Shown: positions 49,135 to 59,779 of the stretch, one piece after another
Layout: each line of letters opens with the position of its first letter
Numbering within the stretch: position 1 is the first letter of the stretch
Assembly: GCA_024679565.1 (NCBI GenBank)
Contig: JAIBDD010000010.1
Coordinates: 29,396-93,395 of the forward strand
Source: Bacteroidota bacterium
GTDB lineage: Bacteria; Bacteroidota; Bacteroidia; NS11-12g; UBA9320
Direction: 5' to 3'
DNA length: 64,000 nt
Program-made: the position numbers and the translations under genes
Notes under the pieces: generated by a model
What the model was told of the DNA's origin: nothing
Seen by the model: only the letters and a program-made list of their open reading frames with translations
Databases searched by the model: none

Positions 49135-52002
49135 GTGAAGGAAGAAAAGGAAATATCAATAGAAAGTAACACGCCATTTTGGCTAAGAACTGGGCTGTTT
49201 CTTTGGTTTTTATTATCTGTGGTTTTACTACTTATAACATTAAAACCGTATAACAAAGCGTATGTAACGGCTAATGCGTCAAGCTATGCATTCTACAATC
49301 AAACAGACTCTGCTACAGGATATGTAGTTGATTATTCTGGCGTCATCGACTTCGTTGCTTACCATAATGGTAAAGCGCAAGCCGAAATATTGGTTAACCA
49401 ATCCAATACGTACAAGGTAAGTGTACGCAGTAAGCTAGGTGGCCAAAACGTGGTTACGTTATTTATCAATGGGGTAGAAGAGGCTCATATCCAGGCAAGC
49501 AAAAAACGAAAAACAAATAAGTTTACGCTTAGGAAAAACGACTATTTCAAGGTTCGCGTTGTATCGGAGGGAGACTCGAAAAACGAAGTTGAAGTCAAGA
49601 TAGAATTAGACAACGGAAAGCAACAACGCCGAATTTATAGCATTGTCTTCCTATGGCTGGTGTTTGGAATTTGGCTCATTACTTCTACATCAGGGATTCA
49701 TTTGATATTGCCAAGTGTACTTTTAGTTGTTGCCTGTTATAATGAGCATTTGTATGTCCACCAATCGTGGTGGTTGCCTATGGTTGGTTTTATCTCAGGT
49801 GTTGTAGTGCTCGCGTTAATACGATTTTTTATCGCCAAGATCCGTGTATTTGGACGCTTTATAAATCTAATTTTAGACTTTGTGTTGGTGTTAACAGCAG
49901 TTGGTTTAAGTGGATTTGTGTGGAACTACAAACGTTATGGGTATAAAATGGATTATGACACCATAATCGCTGTTTTGCAATCCAATTTTTCAGAAACCAT
50001 TGAATTTGCTTTTTCAGAAGCGGGAGTGTGGCCAATCTTAGGTGTCATTGTGTTGGTTCTTGTTCCATTAGTGCTGTTTCTAGTAGGCAAAAAAGTTTCG
50101 GACAAGCCTTTGGTTCCAAACCATATATATTGGTTTATCATCAGTGCAACGCTTTCCTATCTGTGCATTCAAGAGAGTAAATTCATTGGCGAATCTTTTC
50201 AAGCGTATACCCAATACTACGAGGAAATTGAGAAATTTAATGAAGTACAACAAAGGTTTAACAAACAGTCGAATGTAGAAGCAGTAAAATCAGAGACAGG
50301 TGAAACATACGTCTTTGTTATTGGTGAATCACAGAGTAAAGAGCACATGTCTGTTTATGGTTATCACAGACCTACAACGCCTTTCTTAGACTCTATTGCG
50401 TCTAAAGGTGAAATTGCTTTGTTTCAAAATGCCTATTCGTCGCACACACATACGATTATGGTTTTGCGCGATGCGCTCACACAATCCAACCAGTACAACA
50501 GTTTAAAATATACCGATGTTCCGAGCTTAATCAATGTGTTAAACTCAGCGGATTTTGAGACGGTATGGCTCAGTAATCAGGTTATGCTCAGCAATTGGGA
50601 CAATATCGTTTCGGCAATTGCGGCAAGCTGCGAAAAGAAAGTATATGTGAACAAGAACATAGGAGAGTCTATGCGAAATAGTCCATTCGACGAACGATTA
50701 CTACCAGAATTTGAGGCACTAGTCGAAAAACCATCAAAACGCAATAGAGCCATTTTTGTACATGTACTGGGTAATCACGGTCAGTACAGTGAACGTTATC
50801 CAAATTCATTTATGGGTTTGCCTTCTCGTGGTAAGGCTGATTTTGGAGGTGACAAAGACGTTAAGGTTTGGGAGGCATATGATAATTCTATCTTATACAG
50901 CGATTTTATACTTTCTCAATTTCACAAATATTTAGATGAGGCTCCTGGAGAGGTGAAAATATTGACTTACTTCTCAGACCATGCTGAAGATTTAAGTGGA
51001 GGGCGCGGACATAACTCAGGTCAATTTACTTATAGAATGACCCAAATCCCAATGTACGTTTGGGCAAATGACGGATACAAACAACGATATAAAAACAAGT
51101 GGAATAGGGTGGTGCAGGCAAAAGACCGTTTGTTCTCTAACGATCTCTTTTTTCAATTGGCACTAGATTTAACTGATGTTGAATCGAACCTTATGGATAG
51201 TAAGTTCAACGTTATTCATCCTGCTTATCAAATTGATACGTTTAAAACGAAAAGTGGAGCAGTTCAATACATTAATGCGAACAACCCATATGCAAATGCT
51301 TCAATTAACGTCAATCAATTAGAAATGCTTGACACTCTGGGTAGGGTAGGTATACATCGGGTTAATAGTCTAGGCAAACTTAATGAGGTACAGCGAGATG
51401 GTTTTAAAACGATCGAGCTTGACATTAAAATCGTTGATGGTAAGTTAATGGTTGGTCATGGTGAAGACGGTGTGATGTCGGGCGTGACATTAGCAGACTA
51501 CTTTGGAGAGCTCAATCTGATTAACATCCATAAAATTTGGTTGGATGTTAAAAATTTAAATCGTGAAAATATTTCAAACGTTATTACTGAGCTAAGTGAA
51601 ATTGAGGAACGTTTTAAAGTGAAATCAAAGCTGGTGGTTGAGACACAATCTAAGGATTACAATATTTCTCTTTTGGCACAGCAAGGATATAATACGAGTT
51701 ATTATTTGCCAACTTACATTGCAGATATGGATGAGGATGGACAAATGCAAGCCGCTATAAAAATTGCCAAACAACTTAAATATCAGAAAGTTAGCTCTAT
51801 TTCTTTCGACTCGAAACTGTATGATTTTGTTAAAACAAGACTTGAAAAAAGAATGTCTCCAAACATAGATTATCATACTTGGAATCTGAAGTTGGATGTG
51901 CGTCTTGGAAGCTTTATAAACGATTTTAAACAAGAACCTTACCTGTTGGATAAAAGGTTAAAAACAATACTGGTGACCTATCCTTCGGTGTTTGATTTAT
52001 AA
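49135..52002 (+). CDS. Phosphoethanolamine transferase (EptA/CptA-like) with extra N-terminal domain and C-terminal phosphodiesterase-like domain
   Basis: TM block, VIGES, YGY.RPTTP, catalytic Thr in SHTHT, H.LG.H, YDNSI.Y.D, SDH; C-terminal HRVNS...ELD...VGH...WLD.K. Confidence 0.8.
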   Translation: MKEEKEISIESNTPFWLRTGLFLWFLLSVVLLLITLKPYNKAYVTANASSYAFYNQTDSATGYVVDYSGVIDFVAYHNGKAQAEILVNQSNTYKVSVRSKLGGQNVVTLFINGVEEAHIQASKKRKTNKFTLRKNDYFKVRVVSEGDSKNEVEVKIELDNGKQQRRIYSIVFLWLVFGIWLITSTSGIHLILPSVLLVVACYNEHLYVHQSWWLPMVGFISGVVVLALIRFFIAKIRVFGRFINLILDFVLVLTAVGLSGFVWNYKRYGYKMDYDTIIAVLQSNFSETIEFAFSEAGVWPILGVIVLVLVPLVLFLVGKKVSDKPLVPNHIYWFIISATLSYLCIQESKFIGESFQAYTQYYEEIEKFNEVQQRFNKQSNVEAVKSETGETYVFVIGESQSKEHMSVYGYHRPTTPFLDSIASKGEIALFQNAYSSHTHTIMVLRDALTQSNQYNSLKYTDVPSLINVLNSADFETVWLSNQVMLSNWDNIVSAIAASCEKKVYVNKNIGESMRNSPFDERLLPEFEALVEKPSKRNRAIFVHVLGNHGQYSERYPNSFMGLPSRGKADFGGDKDVKVWEAYDNSILYSDFILSQFHKYLDEAPGEVKILTYFSDHAEDLSGGRGHNSGQFTYRMTQIPMYVWANDGYKQRYKNKWNRVVQAKDRLFSNDLFFQLALDLTDVESNLMDSKFNVIHPAYQIDTFKTKSGAVQYINANNPYANASINVNQLEMLDTLGRVGIHRVNSLGKLNEVQRDGFKTIELDIKIVDGKLMVGHGEDGVMSGVTLADYFGELNLINIHKIWLDVKNLNRENISNVITELSEIEERFKVKSKLVVETQSKDYNISLLAQQGYNTSYYLPTYIADMDEDGQMQAAIKIAKQLKYQKVSSISFDSKLYDFVKTRLEKRMSPNIDYHTWNLKLDVRLGSFINDFKQEPYLLDKRLKTILVTYPSVFDL

Positions 52003-52069
52003 TCATAAATGGTAGGCAAACGCGCTGTCAATTACTTTAGATATTGATACATTTGCAAAAAATTTAAAA

Positions 52070-53455
52070 ATGGCATACGATTTATTAGTGATAGGGAGTG
52101 GTCCTGGCGGTTATGTAGCTGCAATTAGAGGAGCACAACTTGGAATGAAAGTAGGCATAGTTGAGAAAGCTGAGCTTGGTGGTGTTTGTTTGAACTGGGG
52201 CTGTATCCCAACAAAGGCGCTATTGAAGTCTGCTCAAGTGTTTGATTACATTAACCATGCTTCAAATTATGGAATATCAGTTAAAGAAGCTTCGGCAGAT
52301 TTTGGTGCCGTAGTAAAAAGAAGTCGTGAGGTCGCAAACGGAATGAGCAAAGGAATTCAATTCTTGATGAAGAAAAACAAGATTGAAGTACTTACCGGTT
52401 TTGGTAAACTCGTTGGCAAAGGAAAAGTTGAAGTCGACAACGATGGAAAGAAGTCAATTGCAGAAGCAAAAAATATTGTGTTGGCAACCGGTGCTAGAGA
52501 GCGTGAATTACCTCACTTAAAAATAGACAAGAAAAAAGTAATTGGTTATCATGAAGCAATGGTTTTGCCCAAACTGCCAAAGTCAATGGTAATTGTGGGT
52601 AGTGGGGCGATTGGAAGTGAGTTCGCTTATTTCTATAACGCCATGGGAACAGACGTAACATTGGTTGAGTTCTTACCTAATATAGTGCCAAATGAAGACG
52701 TTGATGTGTCTAAAGCTTTAGCGAAAGAATTTAAAAAGCAAGGCATCAATGTGATGACATCTTCTTCCGTTGAGAAAGTGGATACGTCAGGCAAGGATTG
52801 TAAGGTATCCATCAAAACAGCTAAAGGCATGGAAGAAATGTCAGCCGAAATTGTTTTGTCGGCTGTTGGTGTGCAAACTAATATTCAAGGCATCGGTTTA
52901 GAAACCATGGGTATTAAAACCGATAAAGGCCATGTAGTTGTTGACGATTATTATCAAACCAACGTTCCTGGTGTTTATGCCATCGGCGACATCGTTGCTG
53001 GCCCAGCTTTAGCGCACGTTGCCAGTGCTGAAGGGATTATTTGCGTCGAGAAAATCGCAGGTGAAAATCCTGAACCGTTAGACTACGGTAATATCCCTGG
53101 ATGTACGTATTGTTCTCCAGAAATAGCTTCTGTTGGTATGACCGAGGCTAAGGCAAAGGAAGCGGGTTACGAATTGAAGATTGGTAAATTCCCCTTCTCT
53201 GCAAGTGGTAAGGCAAGCGCGGCTGGAGCTAAAGAAGGTTTTGTCAAAGTAATATTCGATGCTAAATATGGAGAGTTCTTAGGAGCACATATGATTGGTA
53301 TGAATGTAACAGAAATGATTGCGGAAGTTGTTGCTGCACGTAAGCTAGAGACAACTGGACACGAAATAATTAAAACCGTACACCCTCACCCAACCATGAG
53401 TGAAGCGGTTATGGAAGCTGCAGCTGCAGCATATGGTGAAGTCATTCACCTGTAG
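52070..53455 (+). CDS. lpdA: Dihydrolipoyl dehydrogenase
   Basis: GSGPGGY, GGVCLNWGCIPTK, HPHPTMSE. Confidence 0.97.
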   Translation: MAYDLLVIGSGPGGYVAAIRGAQLGMKVGIVEKAELGGVCLNWGCIPTKALLKSAQVFDYINHASNYGISVKEASADFGAVVKRSREVANGMSKGIQFLMKKNKIEVLTGFGKLVGKGKVEVDNDGKKSIAEAKNIVLATGARERELPHLKIDKKKVIGYHEAMVLPKLPKSMVIVGSGAIGSEFAYFYNAMGTDVTLVEFLPNIVPNEDVDVSKALAKEFKKQGINVMTSSSVEKVDTSGKDCKVSIKTAKGMEEMSAEIVLSAVGVQTNIQGIGLETMGIKTDKGHVVVDDYYQTNVPGVYAIGDIVAGPALAHVASAEGIICVEKIAGENPEPLDYGNIPGCTYCSPEIASVGMTEAKAKEAGYELKIGKFPFSASGKASAAGAKEGFVKVIFDAKYGEFLGAHMIGMNVTEMIAEVVAARKLETTGHEIIKTVHPHPTMSEAVMEAAAAAYGEVIHL

Positions 53456-53473
53456 ATGAACATATTTTTGATC

Positions 53474-53509
53474 AAAGCCCTAATCGAGAATTCGATTAGG
53501 GCTTTTTTT
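53474..53509. terminator. Intrinsic terminator after lpdA
   Basis: AAAGCCCTAATCGA-GAAT-TCGATTAGGGC followed by T7. Confidence 0.9.
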
Positions 53510-53545
53510 ATGAGAACTGCAATTACGCTATGTTCATCAAAACGA

Positions 53546-53857
53546 CTACTGTAAATTGTGCAAGGCGTTTAAAACAAAAGGCAACATACCTTCTGGTCCA
53601 GAATTCCAATCCTTCATATGTACGGTTGTTGATTTACTATGGTCAAAAATATATTTAACAATGTCTAGTCTATTGTCTAAAGCTAAGCCGGCACCCATTA
53701 TAACCGTATCTACTGAATGCTCGTTAAATGCCTGCTTCACATCATCAAAATTCGTCCCTTCTAAAATGGTAATACCATTGTAGTGGATTTCTTGACTGAC
53801 CTGCTTGACAATCGTTCCTTTGCGACCAAGAATAAGGCATGTTTTGCTTTCAGACAT
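53546..53857 (-). CDS. Small hypothetical alpha/beta protein
   Basis: Open 103-codon frame from the ATG at 53857 with a globular-looking sequence (LILGR...DTVIMGAGL...GPEGMLPFV); fills the gap between lpdA and the next gene. Confidence 0.65.
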   Translation of the reverse strand: MSESKTCLILGRKGTIVKQVSQEIHYNGITILEGTNFDDVKQAFNEHSVDTVIMGAGLALDNRLDIVKYIFDHSKSTTVHMKDWNSGPEGMLPFVLNALHNLQ

Positions 53858-53927
53858 AACCAAAGGTCTAACTTTTTTTTTTCAAGTGCTATTCCTTGTC
53901 AAACTTTTAATGCTAATTCGAAGAGAT

Positions 53928-55061
53928 ATGAGTAAAATAGTCGTTTTAGGCGCAGGAATGGTTGGCAGTGCAATGGCAATTGATTTAGCAAGTACCCATC
54001 AAGTCACATTGACCGATAAAAGTTTACATGTTCTTCAGCGTGCACAAGAAAGAGATGCTCATGTAGCCATTCAAACGTTAGACGTTACTGACTATTCGGC
54101 GTTACAAAGTACTATTGCAGGGTTTGACTTGGTTGTATGTGCGGTTCCTGGGTTCCTTGGTTATCAGACACTTAAGGTGATAATTGAGGCAGGTAAAGAC
54201 GTCGTTGATATTTCATTTTTTCCTGAGAATTCGCTGGAACTTGATGCCTTGGCCAAGCAACATGGAGTAACTGCCATAGTAGACTGTGGTGTTGCTCCCG
54301 GAATGGGGAATTTTATATTAGGCTATTACAATAGTCAATTAAAACTTACTGATTTCGAATGCCTGGTAGGTGGTTTGCCGAAGGTAAAGAAGTGGCCGTT
54401 TAACTACAAAGCACCATTTTCGCCAATGGATGTTATTGAAGAATATACACGACCAGCCCGTTATGTTGAAAACGGAAAAGTCATTGTGCGAGAGGCACTC
54501 ACGGATTGTGAATTTGTAGAATTTGATGCGGTCGGAACATTGGAATCCTTCAATTCTGACGGTCTGCGTTCTATTATCCATACGATGCCACATATACCAA
54601 ACATGAAGGAAAAAACACTACGTTATCCTGGGCATGTGGAGTACGTTAAGGTGCTGAAGGCCTCTGGGTTTTTTAATGCCGAGCCTATTGACGTAAAAGG
54701 TAAAACAGTTTCTCCATTAGAATTTACCAGCGAGTTATTGTTTAAAGAATGGAAGCTTGGGCAGGAGGAGGAAGAGTTTACGGTGATGCGTATAACGCTT
54801 AAAGGTATGAACGATGGTGGTGAAAACATTCAGGTTCAATACGACCTCCACGATGCATATGATGCACCAACAAAAACCTCATCAATGGCCAGAACCACAG
54901 GGTATACCGCTACTGCAGCAGCCAATATGATGTTGGATGGTTTGTTTGACGAAAAGGGTGTTTTTCCACCAGAATTAGTTGGTGGCGTCAACGGTTGTTT
55001 TGCCTATATAGTCAAGTATTTATCCGACAGGGGAGTACGATACAATAAAACCACTAGTTAA
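53928..55061 (+). CDS. Saccharopine dehydrogenase family (lysine 6-dehydrogenase-like)
   Basis: VLGAGMVG Rossmann motif, DCGVAPG, VGGLP, EKTLRYPGH, SMARTTG; start at ATG 53928. Confidence 0.88.
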   Translation: MSKIVVLGAGMVGSAMAIDLASTHQVTLTDKSLHVLQRAQERDAHVAIQTLDVTDYSALQSTIAGFDLVVCAVPGFLGYQTLKVIIEAGKDVVDISFFPENSLELDALAKQHGVTAIVDCGVAPGMGNFILGYYNSQLKLTDFECLVGGLPKVKKWPFNYKAPFSPMDVIEEYTRPARYVENGKVIVREALTDCEFVEFDAVGTLESFNSDGLRSIIHTMPHIPNMKEKTLRYPGHVEYVKVLKASGFFNAEPIDVKGKTVSPLEFTSELLFKEWKLGQEEEEFTVMRITLKGMNDGGENIQVQYDLHDAYDAPTKTSSMARTTGYTATAAANMMLDGLFDEKGVFPPELVGGVNGCFAYIVKYLSDRGVRYNKTTS

Positions 55062-55100
55062 GACTAATTTTAAGTCCTGAACCATCCGTATTTTCGCAGC

Positions 55101-55754
55101 ATGATTCACCTTCATCGATTCACGTTTAATGCCTTCCAAGAGAATACCTATGTAGTCTGGGATGATACACTGGATTGCCTTATTGTCGATCCGGGGTGTT
55201 CAAATGCCACAGAGCAAATGGAATTGTGTACGTTTATCGCGGGTCACAATCTTAAACCGGTTCAGCTCATTAACACCCATTGCCATATCGACCATATCCT
55301 TGGTAATTCATTCTGTGTTCAGAAATACAACATACCGTTTTACATGCACGAGCTCGACCTTCCAGTACTTGATAGCGGCACGCCTACAGCCATGATGTAT
55401 CAAATACCATATGACACGTCACCTCGGCCAACAGCCTACCTTAAAGAGGGAATAAACTTAAAATTTGGAGAATCGGAATTGGAGATTGTGTTTACTCCAG
55501 GTCATTCACCTGGCAGTATTTCTTTTATTGCCAGAGAAGAAAAGTTTGTTATTTCAGGAGATGTGCTGTTTCGACATAGTGTAGGGCGAGTTGATTTGCC
55601 TGGTGGCGATAAAGACGTCTTGCTCAAGTCAATAGAGGAGCAATTGCTTACCTTGCCAGCTGAGTTTTTAGTGTACTCCGGACATGGTCCAGAAACGACT
55701 ATTGGTCATGAAAAGAAATACAACCCTTTTCTGAACGGCAACTATTCACTTTGA
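55101..55754 (+). CDS. MBL-fold metallo-hydrolase (glyoxalase II-like, YcbL type)
   Basis: THCHIDH, PGHSPG, GD.LF..SVGR.DLPGG, GHG..TTIG.E...NPF. Confidence 0.9.
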   Translation: MIHLHRFTFNAFQENTYVVWDDTLDCLIVDPGCSNATEQMELCTFIAGHNLKPVQLINTHCHIDHILGNSFCVQKYNIPFYMHELDLPVLDSGTPTAMMYQIPYDTSPRPTAYLKEGINLKFGESELEIVFTPGHSPGSISFIAREEKFVISGDVLFRHSVGRVDLPGGDKDVLLKSIEEQLLTLPAEFLVYSGHGPETTIGHEKKYNPFLNGNYSL

Positions 55755-56143
55755 TTATCTATTTCCGAACTGTCTAGTTCCTGCTGGGCTTTTTCTGATT
55801 TCTTCTTTGCTGTACGACCAACAATGGCTGCTATCACGGTAACAACCAATAACAATCCTCGAAACAAATTCCAACGATCACGTTTTTTTTGCTCTTCTTT
55901 CCTTTTGGCCACAAGGCGTTCTAAAGTACGCTGATTGTTGCGCATGCTACGTTCAAACTGTTCTTGCCTAATTTTTTCTGTGCCTTCTTCTAGTGAAGTG
56001 TTTAATTCCTGAATCTGGCTGTCTAGTTTAGCCATATTGGCTTTGAGTTGATCTTGTTCCACTTTAAGAACAGGTTCTTCAGCATTTACGCCATAGGAAT
56101 ACAAAACAAAGCTTATCAGAGTGAAGGCCAGTAAACGTTGCAT
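55742..56143 (-). CDS. Hypothetical coiled-coil protein with signal peptide and C-terminal TM
   Basis: Signal peptide, heptad-rich middle region, hydrophobic segment near the C-terminus. Confidence 0.6.
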   Translation of the reverse strand: MQRLLAFTLISFVLYSYGVNAEEPVLKVEQDQLKANMAKLDSQIQELNTSLEEGTEKIRQEQFERSMRNNQRTLERLVAKRKEEQKKRDRWNLFRGLLLVVTVIAAIVGRTAKKKSEKAQQELDSSEIDNQSE

Positions 56144-57202
56144 TTAAAAGTTTTCAGGTTTTGCTTTTTTGAAATCCGAAATGTTTTTGGATACGGTAAA
56201 GTAAGAAATGTTTATCCCTGGGAAATAGGTAACCATAGCATAATCCACCTTAAATTTTCTGATTCCAATTCCCAAACCCCACGAGAAACCTGCTGCACCT
56301 TTGGCAGTTTCTGGGGCAAGCTCTTTGCGCCGCATATGATTATATCCTCCGCGTAATTGGAAGTTATCCGAGAATACAAGTTCTGCCCCAAAATTAAAAT
56401 GCCGCATGACTTTATCTCCAAACGGAACCGTTTCATTGCGAACTTGTCCTGTCTCTAAGTCTATGTTTTTATTTCTGGAGTTGACATTTACGTAGCTGAT
56501 ATCAAACTGTTGAAGATTGTGTGCAACAACGGTCATTTTCAATGGGTTGTGTTGTAGCTTTTTGGAGAACCCCATTTGAATATCAAAGGGTAAATCAACC
56601 CGTTCAGTAACGTAAGGGATTACATTGTAGCCCAAATTTCGTATCAATAAGGAGGCATGGAATTTTTTATCGGGTCGGTGATAGGCGCCTGCAAAATCTA
56701 CGGCAAATGCTGTGGCCACATATTTCTCGTATACCGAATACAGGAACTTTACATTGGTTCCATAAGTGAAGTGCGTATCACGTTCCCATACATTCCCGTA
56801 TCCCAATTGAAACACGTAGTCTTGGGCCCAAAATTGACCTATAATTTTTCCCGTTTCATCGGTCTCATCAAAGTGCCCATAATCGGTATAGGTGATGGCA
56901 CCGCTCACCGTTCCGTGAGATTTGAAATGTTTTACGAATCCACCAAATCCACTATTGATGTCAGCAAAATAATTGTTGTACGATAAGCCAGCTATGTTAT
57001 CCATAGATGCATTTAATCCAGCCGGGTTGTGGTATCCGATTCCAATGTCATTTTTGAAATCTGCCATGGTGCTAGAGCCCAAAGCTGCGGTTCGTGCAGT
57101 AGGGTCAATATTTACAAAGGCAAATGATTGACTTCCCCCAAGTTGAGCAAAGCTTGAAAGGTGGATAATTGTCAATGCTGTGACTATAAAAAGTCGGAAC
57201 AT
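56144..57202 (-). CDS. porQ: T9SS protein PorQ (PorV/PorQ family)
   Basis: QLGG...F.F.N....ARTAALG, NPA.L, Y..YFADI, DYG.F, GYN..RR.EL. Confidence 0.8.
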   Translation of the reverse strand: MFRLFIVTALTIIHLSSFAQLGGSQSFAFVNIDPTARTAALGSSTMADFKNDIGIGYHNPAGLNASMDNIAGLSYNNYFADINSGFGGFVKHFKSHGTVSGAITYTDYGHFDETDETGKIIGQFWAQDYVFQLGYGNVWERDTHFTYGTNVKFLYSVYEKYVATAFAVDFAGAYHRPDKKFHASLLIRNLGYNVIPYVTERVDLPFDIQMGFSKKLQHNPLKMTVVAHNLQQFDISYVNVNSRNKNIDLETGQVRNETVPFGDKVMRHFNFGAELVFSDNFQLRGGYNHMRRKELAPETAKGAAGFSWGLGIGIRKFKVDYAMVTYFPGINISYFTVSKNISDFKKAKPENF

Positions 57203-57255
57203 AGATTACTAGTTTTACGTAGTCAAATAACGTAAAAGTTAGCCGATTATTTCTG

Positions 57256-58521
57256 TTAATATAACAGGTATTTAGATCTGACTGTATGAAATTTCACAAG
57301 GCCAGGTTCCCAACTTTTGTAAATATCTGATTGTGAAACACCAGTTTCAATTTGCTTTTGTAGCTCTGGACTACCTGTTAATTTGGTGAAAAATGATTTA
57401 AAGAATGGACCCACGACGGCGGTATTATTTGTTTGATATAAATCAATAATCCAGTTTAGATAAATGCGTTTAGATGGGACTAAGTGGGTATTTGTGTAAT
57501 CTGTTAATTGTAACCCAAAACACTCAACTCCCTCATGTTTAGGGTGGTCGGATACCCCGGGTATTGATTTTGGAGTAAATGAATACGGGGCTTTTGTGCT
57601 TTCTGAAGTATGTGCGTCTTTGTCCTTAGAATACTTTAATGGTCGACCAATTACCTCAAATGGTTTGTCGGTACCTCTGCCGATGCTAATATTCGTTCCT
57701 TCAAATAAACCGAGTGATGGATATAGATAAATAGACTCCATAGTTGGTAAGTTTGGTGAAGGTCGAATAGGCAATCTAAACATGGAATCGTGGGTGTAAT
57801 TTTGACATTTTATTACCGTCAATTTACATGTGTCACCTCCAGTCAGCCACCTTTCTCCGTTTATCATGGTCGCAAACTCTCCTACAGTCATACCGTGTAC
57901 CAACGGGACAGGGTGCATACCAATAAATGATTTGTATTTAATGTCCAATACGGGGCCGTCAACGTAATGACCATTTGGGTTTGGACGATCTAATACCATC
58001 ATTTCTAAGTTGTTTTCTTGGCATGCTTCCATCAGGTAGTGCATACTAGAAATATAGGTGTAAAACCGTACCCCAACATCTTGAATGTCGAATACCACAA
58101 CGTCGATTCCTTCCATCATGGCCGCTGATGGTTTCCGAGATTTACCATATAGCGAGACTATGGGTAAACCTGTTTTTGTGTCCACTGTGCTTTTAACATG
58201 AGCTCCAGCGCTATGATCACCTCTAAATCCATGTTCAGGAGCAAATATTTTTACAATGTCAACGCCCCATTGAAGTAGCGTGTCTACCACATGCGATTGG
58301 CCAACCATACTCGTTTGATTCACCATCATTGCCACCTTTTTTCCCTCTAATAAGGGTAAGTATGTTTCAAGTTGCGATGCACCAACTTGAATTGTAGGTG
58401 TAATTTTGTCGGAAACCTCAGGTAGATTGGTTCTATGTTCTGTGGTCGAATTTTTCAATTCTCCGCAGGCAGAAAAATTAAAGGCGAAAAGAATGGAAGC
58501 TAAAAGGCCAATTTTATGCAT
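57256..58521 (-). CDS. DUF1343/NamZ-like exo-beta-N-acetylmuramidase family lipoprotein
   Basis: NQTS, FAPEHGFRG, SLYG, FDIQDVGVRFYTY, LDRPNP, HGMT.GE, PSPNLP, R.KYLLY. Confidence 0.9.
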   Translation of the reverse strand: MHKIGLLASILFAFNFSACGELKNSTTEHRTNLPEVSDKITPTIQVGASQLETYLPLLEGKKVAMMVNQTSMVGQSHVVDTLLQWGVDIVKIFAPEHGFRGDHSAGAHVKSTVDTKTGLPIVSLYGKSRKPSAAMMEGIDVVVFDIQDVGVRFYTYISSMHYLMEACQENNLEMMVLDRPNPNGHYVDGPVLDIKYKSFIGMHPVPLVHGMTVGEFATMINGERWLTGGDTCKLTVIKCQNYTHDSMFRLPIRPSPNLPTMESIYLYPSLGLFEGTNISIGRGTDKPFEVIGRPLKYSKDKDAHTSESTKAPYSFTPKSIPGVSDHPKHEGVECFGLQLTDYTNTHLVPSKRIYLNWIIDLYQTNNTAVVGPFFKSFFTKLTGSPELQKQIETGVSQSDIYKSWEPGLVKFHTVRSKYLLY

Positions 58522-58558
58522 TTTTGAACGCTGAGCGCATTTTGTACATTTCGAAAGT

Positions 58559-59779
58559 ATGGATTTTAGCTATTTCGTCGGGAAAAAATTAGCCACTGAT
58601 TCTGGTAAATCGTTCACTCGGTTAATCATACGTTTGGCCATCGCAGCCGTTGGCATCAGTTTGGCTGTTATGCTCTTGGCTGTAGGGGTGGTTAAAGGTT
58701 TTCAATCAGAGATAAAAAACAAAATTGTAGGGTTCGACGGACATATTCATGTGCGTAACTTAGATTTAAACCAAAGCAGAGAGCTGCGTTTAATACCACT
58801 TGATCAAGAATTTATTCCGATAGTAAAGGCGCATCCAGAAGTGACTTCGGTTGCTCCATTTTGCTTGAAGGCAGGGATAATCAATACCCAAAAGGAAATT
58901 GAGGGTATGGTGTTTAAAGGTGTAGGAGTTGAGTATGATTGGTCATTTATTGCTTCAAACCTACAACGAGGTCGGTTGCCTTTGTTGTCTGATACGGTAG
59001 ATACCTATGAGTTTGTTTTGTCTCAAAAAGTTGCTGAAAAGCTACAAATAGACACAGGGCAAAATTTAGAAGTGTTTTTTATCCAGGATACAAAAGTGAG
59101 AAGACGACGAATGCGTCTTGTCGGTATTTTTAGCACGGGGTTAGGGGAGTTTGATAAAACAATTTGTTTTACAGATTTACGTGTAATTCAACGCATTTAT
59201 ACAACAGATTATAGCCAAGTAAGTGGCTTCGAGATCAATATTAAAGATTTAACACAAATGGAAGCCATGACCGATTGGGTTGACGACCAAATTGGAATAA
59301 AACTAAGGGCTGAAAATATTGAAGAAAAACACGGAGTTATATTCAAGTGGTTACAAATTGTTGACTCTAATGCGCTTATTATCATCATTTTAATGACCAT
59401 AGTTTCTGTGGTTAATCTGATAACGGCATTCCTTATTCTCATTGTAGATAGAACTCAAATGATTGGAATTCTAAAGAGTTTAGGGGCTAATAATGGTCAA
59501 GTTGTTCGCGTGTTTTTACTAAAAGGGCTGTCGATGGTTATTCCTGGGTTAATCATTGGAAATGCCTTGGGTCTTGGCTTAGCATGGCTACAGTTAAAAA
59601 CTGGACTGATAACCCTGCCTGAAGAAACGTATTATATGGCTACAGTGCCCGTTCAAATATCGTGGGAAACTATAGCATATCTCAATGTAGGGACGCTTGT
59701 GATAAGTATGTTAATGATGCTTATACCTGCTGTTATGGTACGCGTTATTTCGCCGGTAAAGGCAATTCGGTTTAACTAA
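58559..59779 (+). CDS. LolC/E (FtsX-like) lipoprotein-releasing ABC transporter permease
   Basis: N-terminal TM then GF..EI, large periplasmic domain, R..MIGILKSLGA, YY...VP, I.PV.AIRF. Confidence 0.88.
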   Translation: MDFSYFVGKKLATDSGKSFTRLIIRLAIAAVGISLAVMLLAVGVVKGFQSEIKNKIVGFDGHIHVRNLDLNQSRELRLIPLDQEFIPIVKAHPEVTSVAPFCLKAGIINTQKEIEGMVFKGVGVEYDWSFIASNLQRGRLPLLSDTVDTYEFVLSQKVAEKLQIDTGQNLEVFFIQDTKVRRRRMRLVGIFSTGLGEFDKTICFTDLRVIQRIYTTDYSQVSGFEINIKDLTQMEAMTDWVDDQIGIKLRAENIEEKHGVIFKWLQIVDSNALIIIILMTIVSVVNLITAFLILIVDRTQMIGILKSLGANNGQVVRVFLLKGLSMVIPGLIIGNALGLGLAWLQLKTGLITLPEETYYMATVPVQISWETIAYLNVGTLVISMLMMLIPAVMVRVISPVKAIRFN

